Shown piece by piece: positions 1 through 15,700 of a stretch of DNA of 64,000 bases (the first letter of the stretch is position 1; every line of letters begins with the position of its first letter). The position numbers were made by a program, and so were the translations under genes. Location of the stretch: NCBI GenBank assembly GCA_043228905.1, contig JBHGNT010000136.1, forward strand, positions 1-64,000, given 5' to 3'. The notes below the pieces were generated by a model. The model was not told where the DNA came from, did no database searches, and saw nothing but the letters and a program-made list of their open reading frames with translations. The stretch comes from Azolla caroliniana (taxonomy: Eukaryota; Plantae; Polypodiophyta).

Positions 1-3000
1 AATCCGATATCACAGGAGCTAGGTATGAATATTTTAATTTACTCAAGGGCTCCTCTCAACTCCCTTGTCAAGGTTGCTAATTTCGTCATGTCTCTCGACC
101 TGAGTTTCAAAATCTTGACTTTTTAATTCCATATCATAGCTAGCGTTGTTACCTTCGATTCGCATGTTTGAACACGGAAATCCGATATCACACGAGCCAG
201 GTAGGAACATTTTAATTTACTCAAGGGCTCCTCTCAACTCCCTCCTCAAGTTTGCTATTTTCGTCATCTCTCTCGACCTGAAATTCAAAGTCTTGATTTT
301 TTAATTCCATATCATAGCTAGCGTTGTTAGCTTCGATTCGCATGTTTGAACACAAAAATCCGATATGACACGAGCCAGGTATGAACATTTTAATTTACCT
401 ACTAGCTCTTCTCAACTCACTCCTCAAATTTTGTAATTTCGTCATGTCTCACGACCTGAGTGTCAAAATCTTGATATTTTAATTTCATATCATAGCTAGC
501 GTTGTTAGCTTCGATTTGCATGTTTGAACACAAAAATCAGATATCACACGAGCCAGGTATGAACATTTTAATTTACTCAAGGGCTCCTCTCAACTCCCTT
601 GTCAAGGTTGGTAATTTCGTCATGTCTCTCGACCTGAGTTTCAAAATCTTGATTTTTTAATTCCATATCATAGCTAGCGTTGTTACCTTCGATTCGCATG
701 TTTGAACACAAAACTCCGATATCACACGAGCCAGGTAAGAACATTTTAATTTACTCAAGGGCTCCTCTCAACTCCCTCCTCAAGTTTGCTATTTTGGTCA
801 TGTCTCTCGACCTGAAATTCAAAATCTTGATTTTTTAATTCCATATCATAGCTAGCGTTGTTAGCTTCGATTCGCATGTTTGAACACAAAAATCCGATAT
901 GACACGAGCCAGGTATGAACATTTTAATTTACCTACTAGCTCTTCTCAACTCCCTCCTCAAATTTGGTAATTTCGTCATGTCTGACGACCTGAGTTTCAA
1001 AATCTTGATATTTTAATTCCATATCATAGCTAGCGTTGTTAGCTTCGAGTTGCATGTTTGAACACAAAAATCCGATATCACACGAGCCAGGTATGAACAT
1101 TTTAATTTACTCAAGGGCTCCTCTCAACTCCCTTGTCAAGGTTGCTAATTTCGTCATGTCTCTCGACCTGAGTTTCAAAATCTTGATTTTTTAATTCCAT
1201 ATCATAGCTAGCGTTGTTAGCTTCGATTCGCATGTTTGAACACAAAAATCCGATATGACACGAGCCACGTATGAACATTTTAATTTACCTACTAGCTCTT
1301 CTCAACTCACTCCTCAAATTTTGTAATTTCTTCATGTCTCACGACCTGAGTGTCAAAATCTTGATATTTTAATTTCATATCATAGCTAGCGTTGTTAGCT
1401 TCGATTTGCATGTTTGAACACAAAAATCAGATATCACACGAGCCAGGTATGAACATTTTAATTTACTCAAGGGCTCCTCTCAACTCCCTTGTCAAGGTTG
1501 CTAATTTCGTCATGTCTCTCGACCTGAGTTTCAAAATCTTGATTTTTTAATTCCATATCATAGCTAGCGTTGTTAGCTTCGATTTGCATGTTTGAACACA
1601 AAAATCCGATATCACAGGAGCTAGGTATGAATATTTTAATTTACTCAAGGGCTCCTCTCAACTCCCTTGTCAAGGTTGCTAATTTCGTCATATCTCTCGA
1701 CCTGAGTTTCAAAATCTGTACTTTTTAATTCCATATCATAGCTAGCGTTGTTACCTTCGATTCGCATGTTCGAACACAGAAATCCGATATCACACGAGCC
1801 AGGTAGGAACATTTTAATTTACTCAAGGTCTCCTCTCAACTCCCTCCTCAAGTTTGCTATTTTCGTCATGTCTCTCGACCTGAAATTCAAAGTCTTGATT
1901 TTTTAATTCCATATCATAGCTAGCGTTGTTAGCTTCGATTCGCATGTTTGAACACAAAAATCCGATATGACACGAGCCAGGTATGAACATTTTAGTTTAC
2001 CTACTAGCTCTTCTCAACTCACTCCTCAAATTTTGTAATTTCTTCATGTCTCACGACCTGAGTGTCAAAATCTTGATATTTTAATTTCATATCATAGCTA
2101 GCGTTGTTAGCTTCGATTTGCATGTTTGAACACAAAAATCAGATATCACACGAGCCAGGTATGAACATTTTAATTTACTCAAGGGCTCCTCTCAACTCCC
2201 TTGTCAAGGTTGCTAATTTCGTCATGTCTCTCGACCTGAGTTTCAAAATCTTGATTTTTTAATTCCATATCATAGCTAGCGTTGTTAGCTTCGATTTGCA
2301 TGTTTGAACACAAAAATCCGATATCACAGGAGCTAGGTATGAATATTTTAATTTACTCAAGGGCTCCTCTCAACTCCCTTGTCAAGGTTGCTAATTTCGT
2401 CATGTCTCTCGACCTGAGTTTCAAAATCTTGACTTTTTAATTCCATATCATAGCTAGCGTTGTTACCTTCGATTCGCATGTTTGAACACGGAAATCCGAT
2501 ATCACACGAGCCAGGTAGGAACATTTTAATTTACTCAAGGGCTCCTCTCAACTCCCTCCTCAAGTTTGCTATTTTCGTCATCTCTCTCGACCTGAAATTC
2601 AAAGTCTTGATTTTTTAATTCCATATCATAGCTAGCGTTGTTAGCTTCGATTCGCATGTTTGAACACAAAAATCCGATATGACACGAGCCAGGTATGAAC
2701 ATTTTAATTTACCTACTAGCTCTTCTCAACTCACTCCTCAAATTTTGTAATTTCGTCATGTCTCACGACCTGAGTGTCAAAATCTTGATATTTTAATTTC
2801 ATATCATAGCTAGCGTTGTTAGCTTCGATTTGCATGTTTGAACACAAAAATCCGATATCACACGAGCCAGGTATGAACATTTTAATTTACTCAAGGGCTC
2901 CTCTCAACTCCCTTGTCAAGGTTGCTAATTTCGTCATGTCTCTCGACCTGAGTTTCAAAATCTTGATTTTTTAATTCCATATCATAGCTAGCGTTGTTAC

Positions 3001-6000
3001 CTTCGATTCGCATGTTTGAACATAAAACTCCGATATCACACGAGCCAGGTAAGAACATTTTAATTTACTCAAGGGCTCCTCTCAACTCCCTCCTCAAGTT
3101 TGCTATTTTGGTCATGTCTCTCGACCTGAAATTCAAAATCTTGATTTTTTAATTCCATATCATAGCTAGCGTTGTTAGCTTCGATTCGCATGTTTGAACA
3201 CAAAAATCCGATATGACACGAGCCAGGTATGAACATTTTAATTTACCTACTAGCTCTTCTCAACTCCCTCCTCAAATTTGGTAATTTCGTCATGTCTGAC
3301 GACCTGAGTTTCAAATTCTTGATATTTTAATTCCATATCATAGCTAGCGTTGTTAGCTTCGATTTGCATGTTTGAACACAAAAATCCGATATCACACGAG
3401 CCAGGTATGAACATTTTAATTTACTCAAGGGCTCCTCTCAACTCCCTTGTCAAGGTTGCTAATTTCGTCATGTCCCTCGACCTGAGTTTCAAAATCTTGA
3501 TTTTTTAATTCCATATCATAGCTAGCGTTGTTAGCTTCGATTCGCATGTTTGAACACAAAAATCCGATATGACACGAGCCAGGTATGAACATTTTAATTT
3601 ACCTACTAGCTCTTCTCAACTCACTCCTCAAATTTTGTAATTTCTTCATGTCTCACGACCTGAGTGTCAAAATCTTGATATTTTAATTTCATATCATAGC
3701 TAGCGTTGTTAGCTTCGATTTGCATGTTTGAACACAAAAATCAGATATCACACGAGCCAGGTATGAACATTTTAATTTACTCAAGGGCTCCTCTCAACTC
3801 CCTTGTCAAGGTTGCTAATTTCGTCATGTCTCTCGAGCTGAGTTTCAAAATCTTGATTTTTTAATTCCATATTCTAGCTAGCGTATTAGCTTCGATTCGC
3901 ATGTTTGAACACAAAAATCCGATATGACACGAGTCAGGTATGAACATTTTAATTTACCTACTAGCTCTTCTCCACTCACTCCTCAAATTTTGTAATTTCG
4001 TCATGTCGCTCGACCTGAGTTTCAAAATCTTGATTTTTTAATTCCGTATCATAGCTAGCGTTGTTAGCTTCGATTCGCATGTTTGAACACAAAAATCCGA
4101 TATCACACGAGCCAGGTATGAACATTTTAATTTACCTACTAGCTCTTCTCAACTCACTCCTCAAATTTTGTAATTTCGTCATGTCTCTCGACCTGAGTTT
4201 CAAAATCTTGATTTTTTAATTCCATATCATAGCTAGCGTTGTTGGCTTCGATTCGCATGTTTGAACACAAAAATCTTATATCACACGAGCCAGGTAGGAC
4301 AATTTTAATTTACTAACGCGCTCTTCTCCACTACCTCCTAAAATTTTCTAATTTCATCATGTCTCTCGAGCGGAGTTTCAAAATCTTGATTTTTTAATTC
4401 CATATTAGAGCTAGCGTTATTAGCTTCGATTCGCATGTTTGAACACAGAAATCCGATATCACACGAACCAGGTATGAACATTTTAATTTACTAACGCGCT
4501 CTTCTCCACTACCTCCTAAAATTTGCTAATTTCTTCATGTCTCTCGACCTGAGTTTCAAAATCTTGATTTTTTAATTCCATATTAGAGCTAGCGTTGTTA
4601 GCTTCGATTCACATGTTTGAACACAGGAATCCGATATCACACGAGCCAGGTATGAACATTTTCATTTACTAACGCGCTCTTCTCAACTCACTCCTCAAAT
4701 TTTGTAATTTCTTCATGTCTCACGACCTGAGTGTCAAAATCTTGATATTTTAATTTCATATCATAGCTAGCGTTGTTAGCTTCGATTTGCATGTTTGAAC
4801 ACAAAAATCAGATATCATACGAGCCAGGTATGAACATTTTAATTTACTCAAGGGCTCCTCTCAACTCCCTTGTCAAGGTTGCTAATTTCGTCATGTCTCT
4901 CGAGCTGAGTTTCAAAATCTTGATTTTTTAATTCCATATCATAGCTAGCGTTGTTACCTTCGATTCGCATGTTTGAACAAAAAACTCCGATATCACACGA
5001 GACAGGTAGGAACATTTTAATTTACTCAAGGGCTCCTCTCAACTCCCTCCTCAAGTTTGCTATTTTGGTCTTGTCTCTCGACCTGAAATTCAAAATCTTG
5101 ATTTTTTAATTCCATATCATAGCTAGCGTTGTTAGCTTCGATTCGCATGTTTGAACACAAAAATCCGATATGACACGAGCCAGGTATGAACATTTTAATT
5201 TACCTACTAGCTCTTCTCAACTCCCTCCTCAAATTTGGTAATTTCGTCATGTCTGACGACCTGAGTTTCAAAATCTTGATATTTTTATTCCATATCATAG
5301 CTAGCGTTGTTAGCTTCGATTTGCATGTTTGAACACAAAAATCCGATATCACACGAGCCAGGTATGAACATTTTAATTTACTCAAGGGCTCTTCTCAACT
5401 CCCTCCTCAAATTTGTTAATTTCTCCATGTCTGTCGACCTGAGTTTCAAAATCTTGATATTTTAATTCCATATCATAGCTAGCGTTGTTAGCTTCGATTT
5501 GCATGTTTTAATTTACTCATGGGCTCCTCTCAACTCCCTCCTCAAGTTTGCTATTTTCTTCATGTCGCTCGACCTGAGTTTCAAAATCTTGATTTTTTAA
5601 TTCCATATCATAGCTAACGTTGTTAGCTTCGATTTGCATGTTTGAACACAAAAATCCGATATCGCACGAGCCTGGAATGAACATTTTAATTTACCTAGAG
5701 GCTCTTGTCAACTCCCTCCTCAAATTTGTTAATTTCTCCATGTCTCTCGAACTGAGTTTCAAAATCTTTATTTTTTAATTCCAAATTAGAGGTAATGTTG
5801 TTAGCTTCGATTCACATGTTTGAACACAGAAATCCGATATCACACGAGCCACGTATGAACATTTGAATTTTCTAACGGGCTCTTCTCCACTACCTCCTAA
5901 AATTTGCTAATTTCTTCATGTCTCTCGAGCTGAATTTGAAAATCTTGATTTTTTAATTCCATATCAGAGCTAGCGCTGTTAGCTTCGATTCACATGTTTG

Positions 6001-9000
6001 AACACAAGAATCCGATATCACACGAGCCAGGTATGAACATTTTAATTTACTCAAGGGCTCCTCTCAACTCCCTTGTCAAGGTTGCTAATTTCGTCATGTC
6101 TCTCGACCTGAGTTTCAAAATCTTGATTTTTTAATTCCATATCATAACTAGCGTTGTTACCTTCGATTCGCATGTTTGAACACATAAATCCGATATGACA
6201 CGAGCCAGGTATGAACATTTTAATTGACCTACTAGTTCTTCTCAACTCACTCCTCAAATTTAGTAGTTTCGTCATGTCTCTCGACTTGAGTTTCAAAATC
6301 TTGATTTTTTAATTCCATATCATAGCTAGCGTTGTTAGCTTCGATTCGCATGTTTGAACACAAAAATCCGATATCACACGAGCTAGCTATGAACATTTTA
6401 ATTTGCGTACTAGCGGTTGTCAACTACCTCCTCAAATTTACTAATTTCTTCATGTCTCTGGACCTAAGTTTGAAAATCTTGATTTTTTAATTCAATATCA
6501 GCGCTAGCGTTGTTAGCTTCGATTTGCATGTTTTAATTTAGTCAAGGGCTCCTCTCAACTCCCTCCTCAAGTTTGCTATTTTCGTCATGTCTCTCGACCT
6601 GAGTTTCAAAATCTTGATTTTTGAATTCCATATCAGTGCTAACGTTGTTAGCTTCGATTCGCATGTTTGAACACAAAAATCCGATATCAGACGAGCCTGG
6701 TATGAACATTTTAATTTACCTAGAGGCTCTTGTCAACTCCCTCCTCAAATTTGTTAATTTCTCCATGTCTCTCGACCTGAGTTTCAAAATCTTGATTTTT
6801 TAATTCCATATTAGAGCTAGCATTGTTACCTTCAATTCACATGTTTGAACACAGAAATCCGATATCACACGAGCCAGGTATGAACATTTTAATTTACTAA
6901 CGGGCTCTTCTCCACTACCACCTAAAATTTGCTAATTTCTTCATGTCTCTCGAGCTGTGTTTCAAAATCTTGATTTTTTAATTCCATATCAGAGCTAGCG
7001 TTGTTAGCTTCGATTCACATATTTTCATACAAAAATACGATATCACACGAGCGACGTATGAACATTTTAATTTACCTACTCGCTCTTGTCAACTCCCTAC
7101 TCAAATTTGTTAATTTCTCCTTGTCTCTCGACCTGAATTTCAAAATCTTGATTTTTTAATTCTAAATTAGACCTAGCGTTGTTAGCTTCGATTTGCATGT
7201 TTCAACACAGAAATCCGATATCACACGAGCTAGCTATGAACATTTTAATTTACTAACGCGCTCTTCTACACTACCTCCTCAAATTTGCTAATTTCTTCAT
7301 GTCTCTCGACCTGAGTTTCCAAATCTTGATTTTTTAATTCCATATCAGTGCTAACGTTGTTAGCTTCGATTCGCATGTTTGAACACAAAAATCTGATATC
7401 ACACGAGCCACGTAGGAACAGTTTAATTTACTAACGCGCTCTTCTCCACTACCTCCTCAAATTTGCTAATTTCTTCATGTCTCTCGACCTGAATTTGAAA
7501 ATCTTGCTTTTTTAATTCCATATCAGAGCTAGCGCTGTTAGCTTCGATTCACATGTTTGAACGCAAGAATCCGATATCACACAAGGCAGCTATGAACATT
7601 TTAATTTACGCAAGGGCTCCTCTCAACTCCGTTGTCAAGTTTCCTAATTTCGTCATGTCTCTCGACCTGAGTTTCAAAATCTTGATTTTTTAATTCCATA
7701 TCATAGCTAGCGTTGTTAGCTTCGATTCGCATGTTTGAACACAAAAATCCGATATGACACGAGCCAGGTATGAATATTTTAATTTACCGACTAGCTCTTC
7801 TCCACTCACTCCTCAAATTTTGTAATTTCATCATGTCGCTCGACCTGAGTTTCAAAATATTGATTTTTTAATTCCGTATCATAGCTAGCGTTGTTAGCTT
7901 CGATTCGCATGTTTGAACACAAAAATCCGATATGACACGAGCCAGGTATGAACATTTTAATTTACCTACTAGCTCTTCTCAACTCACTCCTCAAATTTTG
8001 TAATTTCGTCATGTCTCTCGACCTGAGTTTCAAAATCTTTATTTTTTAATTCCATATCATAACTAGCGTTGTTGGCTTCGATTCGCATGTTTGAACACAA
8101 AAATCCGATATCACACGAGCCAGGTAGGAACATTTTAATTTACTAACGCGCTCTTCTCCACTACCTCCTAAAATTTTCTAATTTCCTCATGTCTCTCGAG
8201 CGGAGTTTCAAAATCTTGATTTTTTAATTCCATATTAGACCTAGCATTATTAGCTTCGATTCGCATGTTTGAACACAGGAATCCGATATCACACGAACCA
8301 GGTATGAACATTTTAATTTACTAACGCGCTCTTCGCCACTACCTCCTAAAATTTGCTAATTTCTTCATGTCTCTCGACCTGAGTTTCAAAATCTTGATTT
8401 TTTAATTCCATATTAGAGCTAGCGTTGTTAGCTTCGATTCACATGTTTGAACACAGGAATCCGATATCACACGAGCCAGGTATGAACATTTTAATTTACT
8501 CAAGGGCTCCTCTCAACTCCCTTGTCAAGGTTGCTAATTTCGTCATGTCTCTCGACCTGAGTTTCAAAATCTTGATTTTTTAATTCCATATCATAGCTAG
8601 CGTTGTTACCTTCGATTCGCATGTTTGAACACATAAATCCGATATGACACGAGCCAGGTATGAACATTTTAATTTACCTACTAGCTCTTCTCAACTCCCT
8701 TCTCAAATTTGGTAATTTCGTCATGTCTCTCGACCTGAGTTTCAAAATCTTGACTTTTTAATTCCATATCATAGCTAGCGTTGTTAGATTCGATTCGCAT
8801 GTTTGAACACAAAAATCCGATATCACACGAGCCAGGTAGGAACATTTTAATTTACTCAAGGGCTCCTCTCAACTCCCTTCTCAAGTTTGCTATTTTCGTC
8901 ATGTCTCTCTACCTGAGTTTCAAAATCTAGACTTTTTAATACCATATCATAGCTAGCGTTGTTAGCTTCGATTCGCATGTTTGAACACAAAAATCCGATA

Positions 9001-12000
9001 TGACACGAGCCAGGTATGAACATTTTAATTTACCTACTAGCTCTTCTCAACTCCCTCCTCAAATTTGGTAATTTCGTCATGTGTCACGACCTGAGTTTCA
9101 AAATCTTGATTTTTTAATTCCATATCATAACTAGCGTTGTTACCTTCGATTCGCATGTTTGAACACAAAAATCCGATATGACACGAGCCAGGTATGAACA
9201 TTTTAATTTACCTACTAGCTCCTCTCAACTCCCTCCTCAAATTTGGTAATTTCGTCATGTCTCACGACCTGAGTTTCAAAATCTTGATTTTTTAATTCCA
9301 TATCATAGCTAGCGTTGTTAGCTTCGATTTGCATGTTTGAACACAAAAATCCGATATCACAGGAGCTAGGTATGAATATTTTAATTTACTCAAGGGCTCC
9401 TCTCAACTCCCTTGTCAAGGTTGCTATTTTCGTCATGTCTCTCTACCTGAGTTTCAAAATCTAGACTTTTTAATACCATATCATAGCTAGCGTTGTTAGC
9501 TTCGATTCGCATGTTTGAACACAAAAATCCGATATGACACGAGCCAGGTATGAACATTTTAATTTACGTACTAAATCTTCTCAACTCACTCCTCAAATTT
9601 GGTAATTTCGTCATGTCTGACGACCTGAGTTTCAAAATCTTGATTTTTTAATTCCATATCATAGCTAGCGTTGTTAGCTTCGATTTGCATGTTTGAACAC
9701 AAAAATCCGATATCACAGGAGCTAGGTATGAATATTTTAATTTACTCAAGGGCTCCTCTCAACTCCCTTGTCAAGGTTGCTAATTTCGTCATGTCTCTCG
9801 ACCTGAGTTTCAAAATCTTGACTTTTTAATTCCATATCATAGCTAGCGTTGTTACCTTCGATTCGCATGTTTGAACACAGAAATCCGATATCACACGAGC
9901 CAGGTAGGAACATTTTAATTTACTCAAGGGCTCCTCTCAACTCCCTCCTCAAGTTTGCTATTTTCGTCATCTCTCTCGACCTGAAATTCAAAGTCTTGAT
10001 TTTTTAATTCCATATCATAGCTAGCGTTGTTAGCTTCGATTCGCATGTTTGAACACAAAAATCCGATATGACACGAGCCAGGTATGAACATTTTAATTTA
10101 CCTACTAGCTCTTCTCAACTCCCTCCTCAAATTTGGTAATTTCGTCATGTGTCACGACCTGAGTTTCAAAATCTTGATTTTTTAATTCCATATCATAACT
10201 AGCGTTGTTACCTTCGATTCGCATGTTTGAACACAAAAATCCTATATGACACGAGCCAGGTATGAACATTTTAATTTACCTACTAGCTCTTCTCAACTCC
10301 CTCCTCAAATTTGGTAATTTCGTCATGTCTCACGACCTGAGTTTCAAAATCTTGATTTTTTAATTCCAGATCATAGCTAGCGTTGTTAGCTTCGATTTGC
10401 ATGTTTGAACACAAAAATCCGATATCACAGGAGCTAGGTATGAATATTTTAATTTACTCAAGGGCTCCTCTCAACTCCCTTGTCAAGGTTGCTAATTTCG
10501 TCATGTCTCTCGACCTGAGTTTCAAAATCTTGACTTTTTAATTCCATATCATAGCTAGCGTTGTTACCTTCGATTCGCATGTTTGAACACGGAAATCCGA
10601 TATCACACGAGCCAGGTAGGAACATTTTAATTTACTCAAGGGCTCCTCTCAACTCCCTCCTCAAGTTTGCTATTTTCGTCATCTCTCTCGACCTGAAATT
10701 CAAAGTCTTGATTTTTTAATTCCATATCATAGCTAGCGTTGTTAGCTTCGATTCGCATGTTTGAACACAAAAATCCGATATGACACGAGCCAGGTATGAA
10801 CATTTTAATTTACCTACTAGCTCTTCTCAACTCACTCCTCAAATTTTGTAATTTCGTCATGTCTCACGACCTGAGTGTCAAAATCTTGATATTTTAATTT
10901 CATATCATAGCTAGCGTTGTTAGCTTCGATTTGCATGTTTGAACACAAAAATCAGATATCACACGAGCCAGGTATGAACATTTTAATTTACTCAAGGGCT
11001 CCTCTCAACTCCCTTGTCAAGGTTGCTAATTTCGTCATGTCTCTCGACCTGAGTTTCAAAATCTTGATTTTTTAATTCCATATCATAGCTAGCGTTGTTA
11101 CCTTCGATTCGCATGTTTGAACACAAAACTCCGATATCACACGAGCCAGGTAAGAACATTTTAATTTACTCAAGGGCTCCTCTCAACTCCCTCCTCAAGT
11201 TTGCTATTTTTGTCATGTCTCTCGACCTGAAATTCAAAATCTTGATTTTTTAATTCCATATCATAGCTAGCGTTGTTAGCTTCGATTCGCATGTTTGAAC
11301 ACAAAAATCCGATATGACACGAGCCAGGTATGAACATTTTAATTTACCTACTAGCTCTTCTCAACTCCCTCCTCAAATTTGGTAATTTCGTCATGTCTGA
11401 CGACCTGAGTTTCAAAATCTTGATATTTTAATTCCATATCATAGCTAGCGTTGTTAGCTTCGAGTTGCATGTTTGAACACAAAAATCCGATATCACACGA
11501 GCCAGGTATGAACATTTTAATTTACTCAAGGGCTCCTCTCAACTCCCTTGTCAAGGTTGCTAATTTCGTCATGTCTCTCGACCTGAGTTTCAAAATCTTG
11601 ATTTTTTAATTCCATATCATAGCTAGCGTTGTTAGCTTCGATTCGCATGTTTGAACACAAAAATCCGATATGACACGAGCCAGGTATGAACATTTTAATT
11701 TACCTACTAGCTCTTCTCAACTCACTCCTCAAATTTTGTAATTTTATTCATGTCTCACGACCTGAGTGTCAAAATCTTGATATTTTAATTTCATATCATA
11801 GCTAGCGTTGTTAGCTTCGATTTGCATGTTTGAACACAAAAATCAGATATCACACGAGCCAGGTATGAACATTTTAATTTACTCAAGGGCTCCTCTCAAC
11901 TCCCTTGTCAAGGTTGCTAATTTCGTCATGTCTCTCGACCTGAGTTTCAAAATCTTGATTTTTTAATTCCATATCATAGCTAGCGTTGTTAGCTTCGATT

Positions 12001-12730
12001 TGCATGTTTGAACACAAAAATCCGATATCACAGGAGCTAGGTATGAATATTTTAATTTAGTCAAGGGCTCCTCTCAACTCCCTTGTCAAGGTTGCTAATT
12101 TCGTCATGTCTCTCGACCTGAGTTTCAAAATCTGTACTTTTTAATTCCATATCATAGCTAGCGTTGTTACCTTCGATTCGCATGTTTGAACACAGAAATC
12201 CGATATCACACGAGCCAGGTAGGAACATTTTAATTTACTCAAGGTCTCCTCTCAACTCCCTCCTCAAGTTTGCTATTTTCGTCATGTCTCTCGACCTGAA
12301 ATTCAAAGTCTTGATTTTTTAATTCCATATCATAGCTAGCGTTGTTACCTTCGATTCGCATGTTTGAACACAAAAATCCGATATGACACGAGCCAGGTAT
12401 GAACATTTTAGTTTACCTACTAGCTCTTCTCAACTCACTCCTCAAATTTTGTAATTTCTTCATGTCTCACGACCTGAGTGTCAAAATCTTGATATTTTAA
12501 TTTCATATCATAGCTAGCGTTGTTAGCTTCGATTTGCATGTTTGAACACAAAAATCAGATATCACACGAGCCAGGTATGAACATTTTAATTTACTCAAGG
12601 GCTCCTCTCAACTCCCTTGTCAAGGTTGCTAATTTCGTCATGTCTCTCGACCTGAGTTTCAAAATCTTGATTTTTTAATTCCATATCATAGCTAGCGTTG
12701 TTAGCTTCGATTCGCATGTTTGAACACAAA
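1..12730. repeat. 13-monomer (2314-bp) higher-order repeat built on an A-B-C trimer
   Basis: Diagnostic AACACGGAAA at 171, 2485 (offset 2314 = 13x178) and 10586. Private variants CGAGTTGC, AAAATCTGTACT, TCAAGGTCTCC and TTTTAGTTTACC of 1-2314 recur in the same order in ~10416-12730. The stretch ~3900-10400 between copies is more mixed. Confidence 0.8.
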
Positions 12731-15700
12731 AATCCGATATGACACGAGCCAGGTATGAACATTTTAATTTACGTACTAAATCTTCTCAACTCACTCCTCA
12801 AATTTGGTAATTTCGTCATGTCTCTCGACCTCAGTTTCAAAATCTTGATTTTTTAATTCCATATCATAGCTAGCGTTGTTAGCTTCGATTCGCATGTTTG
12901 AACACAGAAATCCGATATCACACGCGCCAGGTAGGAACATTTTAATTTACTCAAGGTCTCCTCTCAACTCCCTCCTCAAGTTTGCTATTTTCGTCATGTC
13001 TCTCGACCTGAAATTCAAAGTCTTGATTTTTTAATTCCATATCATAGCTAGCGTTGTTAGCTTCGATTCGCATGTTTGAACACAAAAATCCGATATGACA
13101 CGAGCCAGGTATGAACATTTTAATTTACCTACTAGCTCTTCTCAACTCACTCCTCAAATTTTGTAATTTCGTCATGTCTCACGACCTGAGTGTCAAAATC
13201 TTGATATTTTAATTTCATATCATAGCTAGCGTTGTTAGCTTCGATTTGCATGTTTGAACACAAAAATCAGATATCACACGAGCCAGGTATGAACATTTTA
13301 ATTTACTCAAGGGCTCCTCTCAACTCCCTTGTCAAGGTTGCTAATTTCGTCATGTCTCTCGACCTGAGTTTCAAAATCTTGATTTTTTAATTCCATATCA
13401 TAGCTAGCGTTGTTAGCTTCGATTCGCATGTTTGAACACAAAAATCCGATATGACACGAGCCAGGTATGAACATTTTAATTTACGTACTAAATCTTCTCA
13501 ACTCACTCCTCAAATTTGGTAATTTCGTCATGTCTCTCGACCTGAGTTTCAAAATCTTGATTTTTTAATTCCATATCATAGCTAGCGTTGTTAGCTTCGA
13601 TTCGCATGTTTGAACACAAAAATCCGATATCACACGAGCCAGGTAGGAACATTTTAATTTACTCAAGGGCTCCTCTCAACTCCCTCCTCAAGTTTGCTAT
13701 TTTGGTCATGTCTCTAGACCTGAAATTCGAAATCTTGATTTTTTAATTCCATATCATAGCTAGCGTTGTTAGCTTCGATTCGCATGTTTGAACACAAAAA
13801 TCCGATATGACACGAGCCAGGTATGAACATTTTAATTTACCTACTAGCTCTTCTCAACTCCCTCCTCAAATTTGGTAATTTCGTCATGTCTGACGACCTG
13901 AGTTTCAAAATCTTGATATTTTAATTCCATATTATAGCTAGCGTTGTTAGCTTCGATTTGCATGTTTGAACACAAAAATCCGATATCACACGAGCCAGGT
14001 ATGAACATTTTAATTTACTAACGCGCTCTTCTCCACTACCTCCTCAAATTTGCTAATTTCTTGATATCTCTCGACCTGAATTTGAAAATCTTGATTTTTT
14101 AATTTCATATCAGAGCTAGCGCTGTTACCTTCGATTCACATGTTTGAACACAAGAATCCGATATCACACGAGCCAGGTATGAACATTTTAATTTACTAAA
14201 GGGCTCCTCTCAACTCCCTTGTCAAGGTTGCTAATTTCGTCATGTCTCTCGACCTGAGTTTCAAAATCTTGATATTTTAATTCCATGTCATAGCTAGCGT
14301 TGGTAGCTTCGATTCGCATGTTTGAACACAAAAATCCGATATCACACGAGCCAGGTATGAACATTTTAATTTACCTACTAGCGCTTGTGAACTCCCTCCT
14401 AAAATTTGCTAATTTCTTCATATCTCTCGACCTGAGTTTCAAAATCTTGATTTTTTAATTCCATATTACAGCTAGCGTTGTTAGCTTCGATTCACATGTT
14501 TGAACACAGGAATCCGATATCACACGAGCCAGGTATGAACATTTTAATTTACTAACGCGCTCTTCTCCACTACCTCCTCAAATTTGCTAATTTCTTCATG
14601 TCTCTCGACCTGAGTTTCAAAATCTTGATTTTTTAATTGTAGATCAGAGCTAGCGTTGTTAGCTTCGATTCGCATGTTTCAACACAGAAATCCGATATCA
14701 CACGAGCCTGGTATGAACATTTTAATTTACTAACGAGCTCTTCTCCACTACCTCCTAAAATTTTCTACTTTCCTCATGTCTCTCGAGCGGAGTTTGAAAA
14801 TATTGATTTTTTAATTCCATATTAGAGCCTACGTTATTAGCTTCGATTCGCATGTTTGAACATAGAAATCCGATATCACACGAACCAGGTATGAACATTT
14901 TAATTTACTAACGCGCTCTTCTCGACTACCTCCTAAAATTTGCTAATTTCGTCATGTCTCTCGACCTGAGTTTCAAAATCTTGATTTTTTAATTCAATAT
15001 CATAGCTAGCGTTGTTAGCTTCGATTTGCATGTTTGAACACAAAAATCCGATATCACACGAGCTAGCTATGAACATTTTAATTTGCGTACTAGCGCTTGT
15101 CAACTACCTCCTCAAATTTGCTAATTTCTTCATGTCTCTCGACCTAAGTTTCAAAATCTTGATTTTTTAATTCAATATCAGCGCTAGCGTTGTTAGCTTC
15201 GATTTGCATGTTTTAATTTACTCAAGGGCTCCTCTCAACTCCCTCCTCAAGTTTGCTATTTTCATCATGTCTCTCGACCTGAGTTTCAAAATCTTGATTT
15301 TTGAATTCCATATCAGTGCTAACGTTGTTAGCTTCGATTCGCATGTTTGAACACAAAAATCTGATATCACACGAGCCACGTATGAACATTTTAATTTACT
15401 AACGCGCTCTTCTCCACTACCTCCTCAAATTTGCTAATTTCTTGATGTGTCTCGACCTGAATTTGAAAATCTTGATTTTTTAATTTCATATCAGAGCTAG
15501 CGCTGTTAGCTTCGATTCACATGTTTGAACACAAGAATCCGATATAACACGAGCCAGGTATGAACATTTTAATTTACTAAAGGGCTCCTCTCAACTCCCT
15601 TGTCAAGGTTGCTAATTTCGTCATGTCTCTCGACCTGAGTTTCAAAATCTTGATTTTTTAATTCCATGTCATAGCTAGCGTTGGTAGCTTCGATTCGCAT

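Noticed and set aside
5200-6803. Short ORFs at 5200-5385, 6051-6296 and 6621-6803
   Set aside because: Chance translations of satellite monomers in which a point variant removed a stop codon.
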